From Chthoniobacterales bacterium (GTDB lineage: Bacteria; Verrucomicrobiota; Verrucomicrobiia; Chthoniobacterales; Chthoniobacteraceae): a stretch of DNA of 64,000 nt. Of this stretch, positions 19,657-29,465 are shown in pieces. The notes beneath the pieces were generated by a model that was not told where the DNA came from, did no database searches, and worked only from the letters and a program-made list of their open reading frames with translations. Made by a program: the position numbers and the translations under genes. The stretch's first letter is position 1, and each line of letters begins with the position of its first letter. The stretch is from positions 1-64,000 of the forward strand of contig JBBQZX010000022.1 in the NCBI GenBank assembly GCA_038207335.1. The letters run 5' to 3'.

Positions 19657-20057
19657 AAGCACCGCCCAGCCCGCTCCGCATTTTTCTCGTGGAGAATCAC
19701 GAGGATACGCTCCGATACATGAAGATGTATCTCGAACTGCTCGGGCACCGTGTGGACTTCGCGCGGGATGTGGAAAGCGCGCTCGCGCAAATCGAGCCGC
19801 TCGAAATCGATCTGCTGCTCAGCGACATCGGTCTACCCGATGGCGACGGCTGGCAGCTTCTCGAGCGAATTAGCGCCGCGCGTCCGATTTTTGCGGTTGC
19901 GATGAGCGGCTTCGGAATGAGAGCCGACCGTGAAAAAAGCCGTGCGGCCGGATACCGGCACCATCTCATCAAGCCCTTCATGCCGGAGGATCTCGCTCCA
20001 ATTTTGGCTGAGGCGGCTGCGGCTCGGGAGCCGAAAGGCGAGAGCTCGGAGAGCTGA
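19653..20057 (+). CDS. Single-domain response regulator
   Basis: IFLVENHED, SDIGLPDGDG, AMSG, HLIKP; ATGA overlap with the kinase. Confidence 0.88.
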   Translation: MKAPPSPLRIFLVENHEDTLRYMKMYLELLGHRVDFARDVESALAQIEPLEIDLLLSDIGLPDGDGWQLLERISAARPIFAVAMSGFGMRADREKSRAAGYRHHLIKPFMPEDLAPILAEAAAAREPKGESSES

Positions 20058-20107
20058 GTCGGCGCGTCGTTGCAAACACCGCGCGATCTCCTAACTTCTG
20101 ACGCCTC

Positions 20108-20995
20108 ATGTCCTGCGCGAAAATCGACCCATCTCTCCACCAAGCCCGCAAGCCTGATTGGATCAAGGTCCGGCTTCCATCGAACCCCGTTTTCTTTTCG
20201 ACCAAAGCGCTCATTTCCGACCTCAAACTGCACACCGTCTGCGAGGAGGCTCAGTGCCCGAATCGCTGGGAATGCTGGAGCCAGGGCACCGCGACTTTCA
20301 TGATCGCTGGCGAGCGCTGCACACGCGCGTGCGGTTTTTGCGCGGTCACGACTGCAAAGCCTTTCGCGCTCGAGGAGGACGAACCGGAACGGGTCGCGCA
20401 GGCGGTGATTCGCATGAAATTGAAGCATGTCGTCGTTACCGGCGTCGCCCGCGACGACCTCAAGGACGGTGGCGCGCGGCATTTCGTGCGCACGATTGAG
20501 GCGATTCGCGCGGCCGATTCGAGCGTGGTGATCGAGGTGCTGACACCCGATTTTCACGCGAAGGAAGAGTGCCTCCAAATGGTCGCGGAAGCCGCGCCGG
20601 ACGTGTTCAATCACAACGTCGAGACCGTCGAGCGGCTCACGCCGATGGTGCGCTCGCGCGCGAAATATCACGTCTCGCTGCAGGTCCTTCGCCGCATGAA
20701 GGCGATCGCTCCGGGGATCGTGACCAAGAGCGGAATTATGCTCGGGCTCGGCGAGACTGAGCCGGAAATTTTCCAGACGATGGACGATTTGCGCGAAGCT
20801 GGCGTGCAGGTTTTCACGATCGGCCAATATCTGCGCCCGTCGCCGCAGCACCTGCCCGTCGTGGAATATGTGCATCCCGACACATTCAAATTTTACGGCG
20901 GGATCGGGTATCAGAAAGGGTTCGATCACGTCGCATCCGGGCCGCTCGTGCGAAGCTCGTATCACGCCGCAGATTATCATCCAGTCGCGCGATGA
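20108..20995 (+). CDS. lipA: Lipoyl synthase
   Basis: CEEAQCPNRWEC, CTRACGFC, RSSY. Confidence 0.97.
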   Translation: MSCAKIDPSLHQARKPDWIKVRLPSNPVFFSTKALISDLKLHTVCEEAQCPNRWECWSQGTATFMIAGERCTRACGFCAVTTAKPFALEEDEPERVAQAVIRMKLKHVVVTGVARDDLKDGGARHFVRTIEAIRAADSSVVIEVLTPDFHAKEECLQMVAEAAPDVFNHNVETVERLTPMVRSRAKYHVSLQVLRRMKAIAPGIVTKSGIMLGLGETEPEIFQTMDDLREAGVQVFTIGQYLRPSPQHLPVVEYVHPDTFKFYGGIGYQKGFDHVASGPLVRSSYHAADYHPVAR

Positions 20996-21678
20996 GCGTG
21001 ATCGACAGGACGAATGTCGCCGCGCTGATTCCGGCATACTTCGAGGCGAAGAAAATCGCCGATGTCGCGCGACGCACCCTCGCGCAACTCGATCGCGTGC
21101 TCGTCGTGGATGATGGCTCCACCGACGGAACGGAGGCCGCCGCGCGCGGCTCGGGCGCCGAGGTAATTCGGCATCCGATCAACCAGGGCAAAGGCGCGGC
21201 AATCAAGACGGGCCTGCGCGAACTCAGTGATCGGGAGGTCGAATACATCCTGATCCTCGATGGCGACGGCCAGCATTTACCGGAGGAAATTCCCGCATTT
21301 CTCGACGAGGCAAATCGCTCCCACGCGCCGATGATCCTCGGCAGCCGAATGAGCGACTTGGCCACGATGCCATTCGTGCGAAAGATGACGAATCTCTTCA
21401 TGTCGTCGCAAATCAGCCGCGCGTGCGGACAAGCGATTCCCGATACGCAATGCGGCTTCCGCATGATCCACCGCGACCTCGCGCCGGCGCTCATCGAGAG
21501 TCAAAGCAGCCGCTATGACTTCGAGACCGAGATGCTCGTGATCGCCTCGCGCCGGGGCTTCCGTATCGCGTCAGTGCCGGTCAGCACGGTGTACGGCGAT
21601 GAGAAAAGCAAAATTCATCCCGTGCAGGATACGCTTCGGTTTTTCAAATTGATGCGGCGCCTGAAACGGGCGGCGTGA
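20992..21678 (+). CDS. Glycosyltransferase family 2 (DPM-like)
   Basis: IPAY, VDDGSTDGT, NQGKG, DGDGQH, DTQCGFR. Confidence 0.9.
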   Translation: MSVIDRTNVAALIPAYFEAKKIADVARRTLAQLDRVLVVDDGSTDGTEAAARGSGAEVIRHPINQGKGAAIKTGLRELSDREVEYILILDGDGQHLPEEIPAFLDEANRSHAPMILGSRMSDLATMPFVRKMTNLFMSSQISRACGQAIPDTQCGFRMIHRDLAPALIESQSSRYDFETEMLVIASRRGFRIASVPVSTVYGDEKSKIHPVQDTLRFFKLMRRLKRAA

Positions 21679-21696
21679 GCACACATCTCGCGTGCG

Positions 21697-22587
21697 CTAG
21701 CCAGAATGCGCTATCGCGTCCGCGATGCGTTCTGCGAGAGCATCGACATCATTTCCCTCGGAAATTTCGATCCGCTCAAACGCAGTCTCCCGGCGAAACC
21801 AAGTGAGTTGCCGTTTCGCATATTGCCGGGTCGCGAGTGCAATGCTCGCGATGCACTCATCGCGTGAAGTTTCACCCGCGAGTAGTGCGCGAATTTCTCG
21901 AAGCCCAATCGTCTGTGCCGCGGTCGCACCGACCTCACCTGCATCGCGCACCTCCTCCACGACGCCCTGCTCGAACATCGCCGCTGTGCGCCGCTCGATC
22001 CGCGCGTGCAGTTCTTCTTGCGAGCGTGCGAGCACGATGCCGCGCACGCCGGGCGTCGCGTTTTTCCACTCATCGCGAAAGCTCGAAAACGGACGCCCGG
22101 TGAGCACGCAGACCTCGAGCGCGCGGATGACACGACGTGGGTTTTTCAAATCGATCTGCACGGCAGCAACTGGGTCGAGCAGGCGCAAACGCTCCTGCAA
22201 ATCAGCAAGCGGAAGCGCCTCGAATTCCGTCCGCAAAGCAGCATTCGCGGGCGGCAGCGCGGCGAGTCCGTGAGTGAGCGCGCGGATGTAAAGCCCGGTG
22301 CCGCCGACGATGAGCGCGGGCTTCCCGCGGCTTTGAATTTCCTCGATCCGCTGCCGCGCCAGAGTGACATAGCGCGCGACGTCGAACGTCTCGGTCAGTG
22401 GAATTTCACCGATTAAATGATGCTGCACCCGCGCGAGCAATTCCGGCGCAGGCTTGGCCGTGAGCATATCCAGCCCGGCGTAAATCTGAAACGCATCCGC
22501 GCCGACAATCTCCGCGCCGCACCTCTCGGCGACGGCAACAGCGATGTCAGATTTTCCGGAGGCAGTCGGGCCGAGGATGAAATACAC
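21697..22587 (-). CDS. miaA: tRNA dimethylallyltransferase
   Basis: GPTASGKS, VGGTGLY, RRVIRALEV, TRQYAKRQLTWFR; start uncertain (GTG at 22587 avoids overlap with argG). Confidence 0.93.
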   Translation of the reverse strand: MYFILGPTASGKSDIAVAVAERCGAEIVGADAFQIYAGLDMLTAKPAPELLARVQHHLIGEIPLTETFDVARYVTLARQRIEEIQSRGKPALIVGGTGLYIRALTHGLAALPPANAALRTEFEALPLADLQERLRLLDPVAAVQIDLKNPRRVIRALEVCVLTGRPFSSFRDEWKNATPGVRGIVLARSQEELHARIERRTAAMFEQGVVEEVRDAGEVGATAAQTIGLREIRALLAGETSRDECIASIALATRQYAKRQLTWFRRETAFERIEISEGNDVDALAERIADAIAHSG

Positions 22588-22678
22588 GTAGCCCGACGAA
22601 ACACGGATGCGCCGCGGATCGCAGTGAAAAACGCAGTTCCATCGACGCGCGGGCGCGGCTAGAACTCGCGCCCATTTT

Positions 22679-23968
22679 ATGAAAATCGTTGTCGCATATT
22701 CGGGAGGTCTCGACACCTCCGTCCTGCTCACCTGGCTAAAGGAAACCTACGCCGCTGAGATCATCGCATTCTGCGCGGATGTCGGGCAGGAGGAAGAGCT
22801 CGACGGGCTGGAAGACAAAGCGCTGCGGACTGGCGCGAGCAAATGCTTCATCGACGATCTGCGCGAGGAATTCGCAAGCGACTTCATTTTCCCGATGATC
22901 CAAGCGGGCGCGATTTACGAGGGCCAATATTTTCTCGGCACGTCGATCGCGCGTCCGCTGATCGCAAAGCGAATGGTGGAAATCGCGCGCGCGGAGGGCG
23001 CGGACGCGGTGGCGCACGGGGCGACGGGGAAGGGGAACGACCAGGTGCGTTTCGAACTGACGGCGGCAGCGCTCGCTCCGGAACTAGAGGTGATCGCCCC
23101 ATGGCGGCAGGAGCGTTTCCGCGAAACTTTCCCCGGTCGCGCGGAGATGATCGCGTACGCCGAGGCGAATAGGATTCCCGTCCAGGCCTCCGCGAAAAAA
23201 TCGTATTCGATGGACCGGAATCTTCTGCACATCAGCTTCGAGAGCGGAATCCTCGAGGATCCGTGGTTCGACGCGAGTGCGGAAAAAGCGCGCGACATGT
23301 ACGTGCTCAGCGTCTCGCCGGAGGAGGCGCCGGATCTGGCGGAATACGTGGAACTCACGTTTGAAAAGGGAATCTGCACCGGCGTCGGATACCACGGCAT
23401 CGACGCGCTGCTGCTCGATCTCGGCCTCGGAAACGGTGTGACTTTCACGCCAGAAGGCCACGCCCAACTCTCGCCACTCGGCGTGATGCGCGTGCTGAAC
23501 AAGCTCGGCGGCAAGCACGGAGTGGGGCGCGTGGACATGGTGGAAAATAGCTTTGTCGGGATGAAATCGCGCGGGGTCTATGAGACGCCGGGTGGCGCGA
23601 TTTTGCAGTTCGCGCATCGGCAGATGGAGTCGATCACGATGGATCGCGAGGTCATGCATCTGCGCGATTCGCTCGTCCCGAAATACGCGACGCTCGTTTA
23701 TAACGGCTTCTGGTTTGCGCCCGAGCGCGAGGCGTTGCAGGCATTCGTGAGCGAGTCGCAAAAGAATGTGAGCGGGACGGTGCGGCTGAAACTTTACAAA
23801 GGAAACGTGATCGCCGCCGGGCGGAAATCGCCGCTGAGCCTCTACAATCCCGACATCGCGACGATGGAGGCCGACCCGACGAAGGCCTACAACCAGAGCG
23901 ACGCGACGGGCTTCATCGCGCTGAATGCGCTGCGGCTGAAAGTCGCCGCGCGCGTGCACCGGGCCTAG
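22679..23968 (+). CDS. argG: Argininosuccinate synthase
   Basis: [31 protein letters not shown]. Confidence 0.97.
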   Translation: MKIVVAYSGGLDTSVLLTWLKETYAAEIIAFCADVGQEEELDGLEDKALRTGASKCFIDDLREEFASDFIFPMIQAGAIYEGQYFLGTSIARPLIAKRMVEIARAEGADAVAHGATGKGNDQVRFELTAAALAPELEVIAPWRQERFRETFPGRAEMIAYAEANRIPVQASAKKSYSMDRNLLHISFESGILEDPWFDASAEKARDMYVLSVSPEEAPDLAEYVELTFEKGICTGVGYHGIDALLLDLGLGNGVTFTPEGHAQLSPLGVMRVLNKLGGKHGVGRVDMVENSFVGMKSRGVYETPGGAILQFAHRQMESITMDREVMHLRDSLVPKYATLVYNGFWFAPEREALQAFVSESQKNVSGTVRLKLYKGNVIAAGRKSPLSLYNPDIATMEADPTKAYNQSDATGFIALNALRLKVAARVHRA

Positions 23969-23995
23969 CGCCCGTCGGCGTCCTCGCTGCCTGCC

Positions 23996-24751
23996 ATGCT
24001 TGCGAGCGCAGCGCCGATCCAGATCATCGCGGAGAGCGACGACTTCATCGTCGTGTGCAAGCCGGCGGGGATCGAGGTGCATCCGAGCAGGCCGAATGGG
24101 CGGGTGACGCTGTGGGACGAATTGCGCGAGTTGCTGGTTTTTGAAATCGCGAATGGCGGGCAGGTCTCGATCATCAACCGGCTCGATCGCGAGACGAGTG
24201 GACTAACGCTAATCGCGAAATCGCAAGCGTCGGCGCGCACGTTTCACATGCTCATGGCGCGGCGCGCGATCGGGAAAGAATACCTCGCGATCGTGTGGGG
24301 GTGGCCGTCGGAGGACGAATTCGTGTGCGACTCGCCGATCCTCCGGCAGGGCTCGCGGGAGGTGGCGCGGATTTATCTGAAGCAGATGGCGCATCCCGAC
24401 GGGACGGTGGCGCGGACGCGGTTTCGGGTCGAACGGCGTGTCACTCGCGCGACTGCGGACGGTGGGAAATTTTCCGTGGTGCGCTGTTTTCCAGAGACGG
24501 GACGAATGCACCAGATTCGCGTGCATCTCTCGCATCTTGGGTACCCGGTCGTCGGGGATAAAATCTACGGGCCGGATGAGGGATGTTATCTGGAGTTCAT
24601 CGACACGGGATGGACGCCCGCGCTCGCCGCCAGGCTGCTGCTTCCGCGGCACGCGCTGCATTCCACCGCGATGCACATCCCGGAACTCGGGCTCGCGTGG
24701 GAGTCGCCGTTGCCAGCGGATTTGACGCGGTGGCTGGGCGAGTCGGCGTGA
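23996..24751 (+). CDS. RluA family pseudouridine synthase
   Basis: KPAG, NRLDRETSG, TGRMHQIRVH, GDKIYG. Confidence 0.9.
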   Translation: MLASAAPIQIIAESDDFIVVCKPAGIEVHPSRPNGRVTLWDELRELLVFEIANGGQVSIINRLDRETSGLTLIAKSQASARTFHMLMARRAIGKEYLAIVWGWPSEDEFVCDSPILRQGSREVARIYLKQMAHPDGTVARTRFRVERRVTRATADGGKFSVVRCFPETGRMHQIRVHLSHLGYPVVGDKIYGPDEGCYLEFIDTGWTPALAARLLLPRHALHSTAMHIPELGLAWESPLPADLTRWLGESA

Positions 24752-24765
24752 TTGTTTTACGCCAC

Positions 24766-26163
24766 TCAGATCATCGGCCAGAGCCATGCGGTGAGCATGG
24801 TGAGGAGCAGACCGGAGACGCCTTGCAGCGCCATCATCGGCGAGACGGTGCGGAGGGTCTGGTCTTCACGCAGGCCGCCGACGCGGGTGATGATCCAGAA
24901 GCCGGCGTCGTTCATCCACGAAAAGGGCTTCGAGCCGCAGCCGATGGCGAGGGCGAAATAGACGGGATGGATGAGCGCGCCGCCGGCGAGGAGGGCCTTG
25001 GCGATGGGGGCGGCGGTGATCATGGCGACAGTGGCGGAGCCTTGCGCGCTCCGGACGAGCATGGTGACGAGGAAGACGGCGGGAAGGGCGAGTTGATGAA
25101 TGCCGCGAAAGTTCCCCGCCAGTTCACCCGCGATGCCGGTCTGCTGGAGCACGCCTCCGAAGGCGCCGCCTGCGGCAATAATGAGGAGGATGACGGCGCC
25201 CTCCTGCACCGCGGTTTTCACGGCGCGCGCGCCTTCGCCTCGGCGTGCGGCGAGTGGTGCCAGCGCGGCGAGTGCGCCGAGGGTGAGCGCCATGTCTTTG
25301 TTGCCAATTGCGTGGATGAGACGCGCGAGCAGGCCGGGCGTTGCTTTCGCCGACTCCGGGAGTGAGGCGTCGAGAGCGATGAGTGCGATGGGCAGAAAGA
25401 CGGGGATCAAGGCGAGCCAAAGCGGTGGTAGGCGGCGGACGATTGCCGCGCTGGCGGCGGGGGTTTGCTCGATGGGGACGGCAATGGTGTGGTGGCGATT
25501 TGACCAGCGCGCAAAGGCGACGCCGACGAGCGCAGCGCCGAGGCCGATGACGCTGCCCATGCCGATCATGAGGCCGAGAGGAACGTGGAGTTCACCCGCG
25601 ACAAAGAGCGGCCCTGGCGTTGGCGGGACGAGCGAATGCGTGATCGTGCCGCCGGCGACGGTGCACATCACGAGCAGCAGGTAGTCGCGGCCGGTGCGCC
25701 GTGCGACGGCCTTGAAGAGTGGCGCGAGCAGGTACATGACGGTGTCGAGGAGCACCGGGATACACAGGATGTAGGCAGTCGCGAAGAACGCCCAATGCGC
25801 CCGCGCCGCGCCGAACCAGCGCAGCATCGCTGCGGCGATTGCCTCCGCCGCGCCGGAAAGAAGCATGGCTTCGCCGATGATCGTGGCCATGGCGATGAGG
25901 ATCCCAAGGTTCGCGCAGGTCTTGCCGAACTCGTCGGCAACGCGCGCGGCGGCAGGCTTGGTGAGGAACTTGGCCGCGGCTTTCACGGTCAGTTCACCCT
26001 TCTCCACCCGCGCGTCCGTAAACTCCCGCAGCGCAGCATCGGGTGTGAGAAGCGCGACGCAGAATCCGCCGAGGATGAGGGCGAGAAAAGCGTGCAGCCG
26101 CAGCCACAAAATCCCTCCAACGACAATCGCAAGTCCGCAGCCGAAAAGGGCGATTGAGTTCAT
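24766..26163 (-). CDS. GntP family permease
   Basis: LHAFLAL, HSLVPPTPGP, QGSATVA, SWMNDAGFW; many TM segments. Confidence 0.88.
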   Translation of the reverse strand: MNSIALFGCGLAIVVGGILWLRLHAFLALILGGFCVALLTPDAALREFTDARVEKGELTVKAAAKFLTKPAAARVADEFGKTCANLGILIAMATIIGEAMLLSGAAEAIAAAMLRWFGAARAHWAFFATAYILCIPVLLDTVMYLLAPLFKAVARRTGRDYLLLVMCTVAGGTITHSLVPPTPGPLFVAGELHVPLGLMIGMGSVIGLGAALVGVAFARWSNRHHTIAVPIEQTPAASAAIVRRLPPLWLALIPVFLPIALIALDASLPESAKATPGLLARLIHAIGNKDMALTLGALAALAPLAARRGEGARAVKTAVQEGAVILLIIAAGGAFGGVLQQTGIAGELAGNFRGIHQLALPAVFLVTMLVRSAQGSATVAMITAAPIAKALLAGGALIHPVYFALAIGCGSKPFSWMNDAGFWIITRVGGLREDQTLRTVSPMMALQGVSGLLLTMLTAWLWPMI

Positions 26164-26189
26164 CGGGGAGGCCGCGAATGCTGTGTCTG

Positions 26190-27008
26190 TCAGCTGCGGC
26201 GGTCCATCTTCACCACGGCAAATGCGGAGTGGTTGTGGATGCTCTCGTGATTCACCGCACGCACCTCGAACCATGCGATTCGCGGGTCGTCGCGGAGTCG
26301 CGCGGCGACGTTGCGGACGACATCTTCAACGAAGACGGGATTGTCATACGCTTGCATCGTGACGAAGCGTTCGTCCGTGCGCTTGAGCAGCGGGTAGATG
26401 GGCGCGGAGGCGGATTTTTCCGCCGCGTCGATGAGTTCCTCGATCCAGAGCATCTGCCACGCGCCGGAATCGTCGCGGTTCAAACGGACTGAAATGGTGA
26501 CGTATCCGCGCTGATTGTGCGCGCCGTAATCGCTGATCATTTTCGAGCACGGGCAGAGCGTGCTGACCGGCACGGCGACGCGCAGGATGAAGTCGTCGGT
26601 GGCACTGTTGGACTCACCGATGAAGGCGCAGCGGTAATCCATGGGCGCCTTCAATCCACTCACCGGCGCGGTGCGCTGGAGAAAATACGTGAACTCGATC
26701 TCGATGTGCGCGGCCTCGGCGTCGAGGCGCTGCTTCAGCTCGTGGAGCAGCGCGGGAAGTGTGCGCATGGTCATCTCACCCTGATGTTTTGCGAGCACTT
26801 GGAGGAAGCGGCTCATGTGCGTTCCTTTGAAATGATGCGGCAGATTTACAGACATCGAAATGGTCGCCGCGGCAGGCTGGCGCTGGTTTTCGCGGTCGAG
26901 GACGACGATCGGATACGCGAGGTCGCAGACGCCGACCTGGTCGATCTCGATGCCGCGCATGTCGGGCGTTTTTTGAATGTCGGGGAGAGAAGGATGGGCG
27001 ACTTGCAT
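26190..27008 (-). CDS. folE2: GTP cyclohydrolase IB
   Basis: KGTHMSRF, TLCPCSK, AHNQR, KRTDE, FVED, ESIHNH. Confidence 0.95.
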   Translation of the reverse strand: MQVAHPSLPDIQKTPDMRGIEIDQVGVCDLAYPIVVLDRENQRQPAAATISMSVNLPHHFKGTHMSRFLQVLAKHQGEMTMRTLPALLHELKQRLDAEAAHIEIEFTYFLQRTAPVSGLKAPMDYRCAFIGESNSATDDFILRVAVPVSTLCPCSKMISDYGAHNQRGYVTISVRLNRDDSGAWQMLWIEELIDAAEKSASAPIYPLLKRTDERFVTMQAYDNPVFVEDVVRNVAARLRDDPRIAWFEVRAVNHESIHNHSAFAVVKMDRRS

Positions 27009-27030
27009 GTTTCAAAAGCTTTCAACGACG

Positions 27031-27056
27031 AAGCAGGAAAACAGAAAAACAGGAAA
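27031..27056 (+). repeat. Second copy of the purine-rich intergenic repeat
   Basis: aagcaggaaaacagaaaaacaggaaa matches 3055-3080 at 23 of 26 positions. Confidence 0.5.
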
Positions 27057-27102
27057 GAGTTACCCCGGCATCGCCGCGTTGTTCTGCCTTCCTGCCAACA
27101 CC

Positions 27103-27567
27103 TTAACGCGCGTCATCCGTGAATTCCGCCCATGAGCTGCTGGTTTCCCACAGCCGGACTTTCACGATGCGGAGAGAAGGGCGGACGGGATAGCGCGAGT
27201 CCGCGCGCGCTGCGATTTCGGAGAGCTGCTTTTTGAAGAAATCGTGGATTGTTTTGGCCATGACTTCGGTGGTGGGGTCTATGTTTTCAAACGGGATCAC
27301 GCGCTCGCCGTGCGCGGCGCGGAGGCTGGTAAATGCAGGGTCCGCGGTGTTCACGCACATCGCGTGATCGAGCGTCTCCAAGAACTCATCCATCGCTTGC
27401 TTGATGACTTTGAAGTCGCAGACCATGTCGTTTCCATCGAGTGCGTCGGCCTCGATCGTGAACTCGACTCTGCGCGTGTGACCGTGCGGGAATCGACACT
27501 TGTCGGGATGCTTCGAGAGCATGTGACCGCTCTCGATTTCAAAAGTTTTGCAGATGCGGTAGGGCAT
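27103..27567 (-). CDS. queD: 6-carboxytetrahydropterin synthase
   Basis: GHML..H..KCRFPHGH, DF, LDH, PTTE, ET; operon context. Confidence 0.9.
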   Translation of the reverse strand: MPYRICKTFEIESGHMLSKHPDKCRFPHGHTRRVEFTIEADALDGNDMVCDFKVIKQAMDEFLETLDHAMCVNTADPAFTSLRAAHGERVIPFENIDPTTEVMAKTIHDFFKKQLSEIAARADSRYPVRPSLRIVKVRLWETSSSWAEFTDDAR

Positions 27568-27573
27568 GAAATT

Positions 27574-28263
27574 TCAGGTGCCTTTGGTGTTTCCGAAAAG
27601 CGCGATGTGTAGGCGGGGGCAATAACGGTAGCCGCGTTGCTTGCAAAGTTCGACCAGCGACTCTTCGCGACCGTGGATCGTGCCGACGTCGGTGCCCTGC
27701 GGCATGAGCAGGATTTTGCTCGGAGGAAAGCCGACGCCGATGTCGCCGATGAGGTGCTCGATTTCGACGATGTCGCGCGCGTTTTCGACGACGAATTTTA
27801 ACTGGAACGGGTAGTGCGTGATCCAGTCACGGACCACGTCGGGCTGGAGACGCAGGCTTTCGTGGCGTTCGCGCCAGCCTTTGCCGAGCGAGTCGGGCGT
27901 TGAGTTCGCGAGCTTTGGGCTAAGAGATGCGAGGTCGCACGCGATGCCGTCAGGCGCTACGGTGCCGGCGGTTTCGATCGTGATGTGGAGACCGCTTTCG
28001 CGAAGCTTCTGCGCGAGGTCGCGGGTGCCTTTTGCGATCATCGGTTCGCCTCCAGTGAGGACGACATGACGCGCGGGAAAGTCCGCCACTTGAGCGGCGA
28101 CTTCGTCGATCGAGAGGTCATCGCCTTCGGGATTCCACGAGGCATATTTCGTGTCGCACCATGTGCAGCGCAGGTTGCAGCCGGAGGTGCGGACGAAGAC
28201 AGACGGAACGCCGGTGAGTTCGCCTTCGCCCTGAATCGAGTAGAATATCTCGGAGATCAGCAC
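27574..28263 (-). CDS. queE: 7-carboxy-7-deazaguanine synthase (radical SAM)
   Basis: EIFYSIQGEG, CNLRCTWCDT, TGGEP, SPK, PRLH. Confidence 0.93.
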   Translation of the reverse strand: MLISEIFYSIQGEGELTGVPSVFVRTSGCNLRCTWCDTKYASWNPEGDDLSIDEVAAQVADFPARHVVLTGGEPMIAKGTRDLAQKLRESGLHITIETAGTVAPDGIACDLASLSPKLANSTPDSLGKGWRERHESLRLQPDVVRDWITHYPFQLKFVVENARDIVEIEHLIGDIGVGFPPSKILLMPQGTDVGTIHGREESLVELCKQRGYRYCPRLHIALFGNTKGT

Positions 28264-28288
28264 GGAGAATATTTTCGCTGCGTCGCGG

Positions 28289-28990
28289 TCAAATCTGTGG
28301 CGGCCTTTGCGGCAGTGGTGGTGTTGCGGCGTAGCGGGTTGGGTCGGGGAGGCCCGCCAGCACAAAGGCTTCGCGGCGCTCGACGCAGGTGCCGCATTCG
28401 CCGCAGTGGAGCGTGCCGCCGACGTAGCACGACCATGTCTGCGAAAAATCGACGGCGAGTTCGCGGCCGCGCGCGACGATTTGCGCTTTGGTCATCGCGA
28501 TGAATGGGCGCTCGATTTCGATCTCGGCGTAGGTGCCAAAACGAACGGCGCTGCTCATCGCTTGCATGAAATCTTCGCGGCAATCGGGGTAGATCGCGTG
28601 GTCGCCGGCGTGGGCGGCGATGACGAGCGAGTTGGCCCCGCAGCACTCCGCAAATCCGGCGGCGATGGCGAGCATAATGCCATTGCGAAACGGGACGACC
28701 GTCTGCTTCATCGTAGCTTCCTGATAGTGGCCTTTCGGGATTGCGCCGCCGCTCGCGAGGAGGTCGGAGGTGAAGTGCTCGGCGACGAATGTGAGCGGGA
28801 CGATGAAGTGCGGAATGCCGCATTTTTCCGCGTGCAAAGCGGCGCAGGAGATTTCGCGCAGGTTGTGTTTCGAGCCGTAGTTGCAGCTCACGCATGCGAC
28901 GACTTCGCTGCGCTCGCGCGCGTCGTAAAGCGCGACGGTGGAGTCCATTCCGCCGCTCAGCAGAACGATGGAGCGGCGCGCCTCGCTCAT
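28289..28990 (-). CDS. queC: 7-cyano-7-deazaguanine synthase
   Basis: SGGMDS, VPFRN, YPDCR, TWSCY, CGECGTC. Confidence 0.95.
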   Translation of the reverse strand: MSEARRSIVLLSGGMDSTVALYDARERSEVVACVSCNYGSKHNLREISCAALHAEKCGIPHFIVPLTFVAEHFTSDLLASGGAIPKGHYQEATMKQTVVPFRNGIMLAIAAGFAECCGANSLVIAAHAGDHAIYPDCREDFMQAMSSAVRFGTYAEIEIERPFIAMTKAQIVARGRELAVDFSQTWSCYVGGTLHCGECGTCVERREAFVLAGLPDPTRYAATPPLPQRPPQI

Positions 28991-29412
28991 GCGGGGAAGG
29001 AAGCATCGACCGTGACGGTGATGCCGCCGCGGGCCGCAAATTCGCCGTGGACGGTGAGCCGTCGTGGCGCGCACGCGGCGACGAGATCGTCGAGGATTCG
29101 GTTCACGACTTCTTCATTGAAGCTGCGCGTGTTGCGGAATGCGGCGAGGTAAAACTTGAGCGACTTCGTCTCGATGCAGCGCACGTCCGGGATGTAATCG
29201 ATGCGGATTTTCGCGAAGTCGGGCTGGCCGGTGATCGGGCAAAGCGAGGTGAAATCGGAGCAGTCGAAACGCACGGAGTAGTCGCGCTGTGGAAAGAGGT
29301 TTTCGAATGTTTCGAGCACGCCGACATCGGGCTTCGCGGGGAATTCGGCATGGCCGCGTCCGAGCAGGGTGAAACCGGGGCGCGTGGATTTGGCGGACGT
29401 TTTTGCGGGCAT
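28987..29412 (-). CDS. queF: preQ0 reductase (unimodular QueF)
   Basis: FTSLCPITGQPDFA, ETKSLKFY, RGGI. Confidence 0.93.
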   Translation of the reverse strand: MPAKTSAKSTRPGFTLLGRGHAEFPAKPDVGVLETFENLFPQRDYSVRFDCSDFTSLCPITGQPDFAKIRIDYIPDVRCIETKSLKFYLAAFRNTRSFNEEVVNRILDDLVAACAPRRLTVHGEFAARGGITVTVDASFPA

Positions 29413-29465
29413 GAAGAGCGGAGGACTAATGCAAATTTTTGCTTCGGCGCAACTCTGGGAACGGC

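Noticed and set aside
22588..22731. N-terminal extension of miaA overlapping argG
   Set aside because: This is an ORF-caller extension; the MiaA P-loop begins right after the GTG at 22587.
26190..29412. Deazaguanine DNA-modification (dpd) or Que-like defence island
   Set aside because: No dpdA/tgt paralogue, nuclease or helicase is nearby. The presence of queF and the housekeeping context fit ordinary tRNA queuosine synthesis.
29413..29465. preQ1 riboswitch upstream of queF
   Set aside because: The gap is only 53 bp and I see no preQ1-I stem with a 3' A-rich tail. An Infernal scan would settle it.
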